29,067 nucleotides of DNA. It comes from a virus. The position numbers and the translations under genes are program-made. The notes below the pieces were generated by a model that saw only the letters and a program-made list of their open reading frames with translations, ran no database searches and had not been told where the DNA came from. The stretch spans positions 1 through 29,067 of IMG/VR virus record IMGVR_UViG_3300010935_000101, one strand, 5' to 3'. Of the stretch, positions 26,471 through 29,067 are shown piece by piece (positions within the stretch are counted from its first letter, which is position 1; every line of letters starts with the position of its first letter).

Positions 26471-26544
26471 TAGTGTCTTTACTAGTGGGACCACCTTTCA
26501 AGGTTTGGTATAAATTCGTGTGAGTCCCAGCAGTAAAGACATTA
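26471..26544 (+). promoter_or_regulatory. long interrupted hairpin between the tRNA and the next RBS
   Basis: TAGTGTCTTTACT/AGTAAAGACATTA plus TGGGAC/GTCCCA. Confidence 0.55.
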
Positions 26545-26557
26545 ATAAAGGATTACT

Positions 26558-26818
26558 ATGCAAACATTACGAGTAAGTTATAGAATGCAAACAGAACAAG
26601 CAGTTCGAATGAAATTTGAAGGTACTTTGCGTAGTGATGTACTGTACAACTTATCCAACTTAATTGCTAAAGAATTAATCGCTAGTAGAAAAGTTAATAT
26701 TAGTCATATGGAATTACCAACAGATTATAACAACTGTTTTGAGAGTATCACAGAATTTATAGCCTCTATAAATATATCCCCAATACTCCATACTACTATA
26801 GGTCAACCATTTATTTAA
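26558..26818 (+). CDS. hypothetical protein
   Basis: 86-aa ORF with AAGGA SD. Confidence 0.65.
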   Translation: MQTLRVSYRMQTEQAVRMKFEGTLRSDVLYNLSNLIAKELIASRKVNISHMELPTDYNNCFESITEFIASINISPILHTTIGQPFI

Positions 26819-26827
26819 AGGAACAAC

Positions 26828-29067
26828 ATGAAAATAGAAGAACAAATTTTAAGCGATTTAAAATCATTAATAAATCAATATGAGTCAGAACTAACATTCC
26901 TACATGGACGTAACATGAATCAGTTTGATACCACACAGTTACCAAACATTATTTTAGATATGGTTAAAATAGCAAATGCTAAAACACCATCATTCTCGAA
27001 TATCTCTGCTATTGCAGTATCTAATTTTGTATTATCACATATGTTTGGTCAACTAAGACCTCGCATTAATGATCCAATTTACTCTGATGATGAGATAGGC
27101 ATTAACACCTATTCGATAATTATTAGCCGTTCTGGATCAGGTAAAGACAGTACCTACAAAGCATTAATGAAAGCAGTAGCACCTGCACATGAATTTATTC
27201 ACAAACAACAACTAATTGAACTGGAAGATAAAGCACTAGCAAAGTTTATTCGTGAAGCAAAGAAAACTCAACCTGACTTTGACGAGACAACAGTAACTAG
27301 ACAGCATTATGAACATCTAATCGATAAACCAGAAACACCAATAACTTCATTGGGTTCAACTCGTGGTGGTTTAACTACTTCACTGAACCGCATGGCTAGG
27401 ATGACATTTGGTACCAAGTCATTATTTGCTTCTGAGCTGGGACTTGCTATCCAATCTAACTCAGCTATTGTGGAAGTACTAGAACTATTTTCGATTCTAT
27501 ATGATATGGGTGAATCCGTAGCTCCTGAATTTAAAACTCAGGAATCTAAAGAAGAATCTGTCAATGGCATGTTTCCTAACCTACTGGGAATTAGTTCACC
27601 AGCACCATTCTATACAGAAGGCAACGTCCGTAAACTATTGGTACCAATGCTTACTACATCTTTAGCTCGTAGAGTTTCAGTTGTATTTAGCAATGCATCG
27701 GAAGAATTTGAGAATGAGCATATTCCAAAGTCACCAACTGAACGTAGAGAATTACAAGCAGCAGCTAGAGTTACTCTCACAAAATTAACTGAGTCACTCA
27801 ATACACATTTTGTAAAGTGCGTTAAACACACTATTGCAGATCCTGTAGTAATGTTTGACGAAGAAGCACAAGCAATTTATGATGATTACAAATCGTATAC
27901 TCAGGATCTTGGTAAGTACTTATTATTGAAGAACGGAGATTCTGTTGAGGGAATTGAGATGTCTGGTAGAGCATTCAAGATGGGTCGTATAGCAGCTACT
28001 TGGACTTTAGCACAGAACAAACGAATCGTTGACAAACAAACTTTAATCGCAGCAATTTACTTCTGTGATTACACTGCACAACACTTAATAAGGTTTTCAG
28101 AAACTTTGGAATTAAAAGATTACGAAATATTCATTAATGACTGGCAACAAGGCTTTATTGACGATATTTTACCTGTAGACCAGGCAATTACCAAAGGTTA
28201 TATAAGTACTAAACATCTTAACAAAATGTCTTTGGAGAATTTCCTTAAACCCGTTAACTCCAAATTGGAGGGTATCGCAACGGTATCGTATAACGACAAG
28301 ATTAATGCTTTTGTATTTGTCCCAGTAATCAAAATCGTCGATGGGGATTACTCATATCGAGCTGTTCCTGGGCATATCACAAATAAACCAATAACCAACC
28401 TGGCGAATAACAAACCTATGGAAGCTCTTGGTAAATTACTTACAGTGGATTCTACTGTCAATCCATTTGTTGAGGATACCACTAATTTTGTTGTATTGCA
28501 TGTAGAGAATTCATTCTTGTCTATGGATATGATTAGCAAGTATTTATCTGCGACACATCATTTCATAGCGACTAGCAAGGATCCAACTAATCACCAAGCA
28601 TTTACTTTGATTATCCCAACTAACTCTGCTATTAAACAAGCGGAGTACAAGTATGTGGCTTTATCAATTGCTAATCAACTGATGCTTAAGATAGCACCAG
28701 AACATTGTGAAAATGATATGCTTTACTATGGACATTCTGGAGCAACTATGTTACAAGCAACCGAATCAGCAAACTTATTTGATATTAGTGGGATTATTGG
28801 TAATCTTGCATCTGGAGCTGATGTTCCATTGCTTGCAACTAAGCCGGACAAACGCCCAAATATCAATCTAATCAACAAATATTTACAGGATGACATCATC
28901 CAACACAAACAATTGCTGATCGACATGTTGGACGCATCTTCTAATCCGTTACTTCTAATGGCAGGCATCGTATATGACATGCGGGTCCATTGGGTACCTG
29001 ATGAGCAAGTTATACCATTTCTAGATTCAGTTAACTCATCACTCATTAAGTCAATTGATGAACAAAC
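26828..29067 (+). CDS. large P-loop replication protein (DUF3987-like helicase domain; N4-type primase-like), 3'-partial
   Basis: AAGGA SD; MKIEEQILSDLK...; INTYSIIISRSGSGKDS Walker A, FASELG, NLLG, SLARR; missing from the ORF track, consistent with no stop before the window end. Confidence 0.78.
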   Translation, partial: MKIEEQILSDLKSLINQYESELTFLHGRNMNQFDTTQLPNIILDMVKIANAKTPSFSNISAIAVSNFVLSHMFGQLRPRINDPIYSDDEIGINTYSIIISRSGSGKDSTYKALMKAVAPAHEFIHKQQLIELEDKALAKFIREAKKTQPDFDETTVTRQHYEHLIDKPETPITSLGSTRGGLTTSLNRMARMTFGTKSLFASELGLAIQSNSAIVEVLELFSILYDMGESVAPEFKTQESKEESVNGMFPNLLGISSPAPFYTEGNVRKLLVPMLTTSLARRVSVVFSNASEEFENEHIPKSPTERRELQAAARVTLTKLTESLNTHFVKCVKHTIADPVVMFDEEAQAIYDDYKSYTQDLGKYLLLKNGDSVEGIEMSGRAFKMGRIAATWTLAQNKRIVDKQTLIAAIYFCDYTAQHLIRFSETLELKDYEIFINDWQQGFIDDILPVDQAITKGYISTKHLNKMSLENFLKPVNSKLEGIATVSYNDKINAFVFVPVIKIVDGDYSYRAVPGHITNKPITNLANNKPMEALGKLLTVDSTVNPFVEDTTNFVVLHVENSFLSMDMISKYLSATHHFIATSKDPTNHQAFTLIIPTNSAIKQAEYKYVALSIANQLMLKIAPEHCENDMLYYGHSGATMLQATESANLFDISGIIGNLASGADVPLLATKPDKRPNINLINKYLQDDIIQHKQLLIDMLDASSNPLLLMAGIVYDMRVHWVPDEQVIPFLDSVNSSLIKSIDEQ

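Noticed and set aside
291-29046. All minus-strand ORFs and alternate-frame plus-strand ORFs (e.g. 12716, 25645)
   Set aside because: Shadows of longer, motif-bearing plus-strand genes
1-29067. Alternative genetic code
   Set aside because: Core genes are uninterrupted under the standard code, TAA, TAG and TGA all end genes, and there is no suppressor tRNA

Overview
AT-rich bacteriophage genome segment with all credible genes on the + strand, covering early, accessory and replication functions. Recognisable genes are a MoxR-like AAA+ ATPase with a vWA partner, a minimal Pol-beta nucleotidyltransferase, a VRR-NUC nuclease, an SF2 helicase, a Cas4-like PD-(D/E)XK nuclease, a degenerate dUTPase, a family A DNA polymerase, tRNA-Ser(GCT) and a large P-loop primase/helicase-like gene that runs off the window end. 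The polymerase motifs, the AAA/vWA pair and the last gene recall N4-like (Schitoviridae) phages. That comparison is from memory and no database search was run. The AAGGA-type Shine-Dalgarno (SD) sites and low GC would fit a Campylobacterota-like host, but this is a weak inference. The most striking feature is a non-coding RNA island of about 1.4 kb (about 4350-5760). It holds a ~530-nt element closed by a long-range helix with crossing helices, three non-canonical tRNA-like cloverleaves with intact acceptor and T arms but aberrant D/anticodon arms, and further multibranch structures. Other oddities are further structured intergenic elements, repeated gene-junction sequences suggesting cassette shuffling, paralogous domain families, and a dUTPase whose motif breaks are mostly G->A changes. 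All RNA pairings were found by eye, not by folding software.
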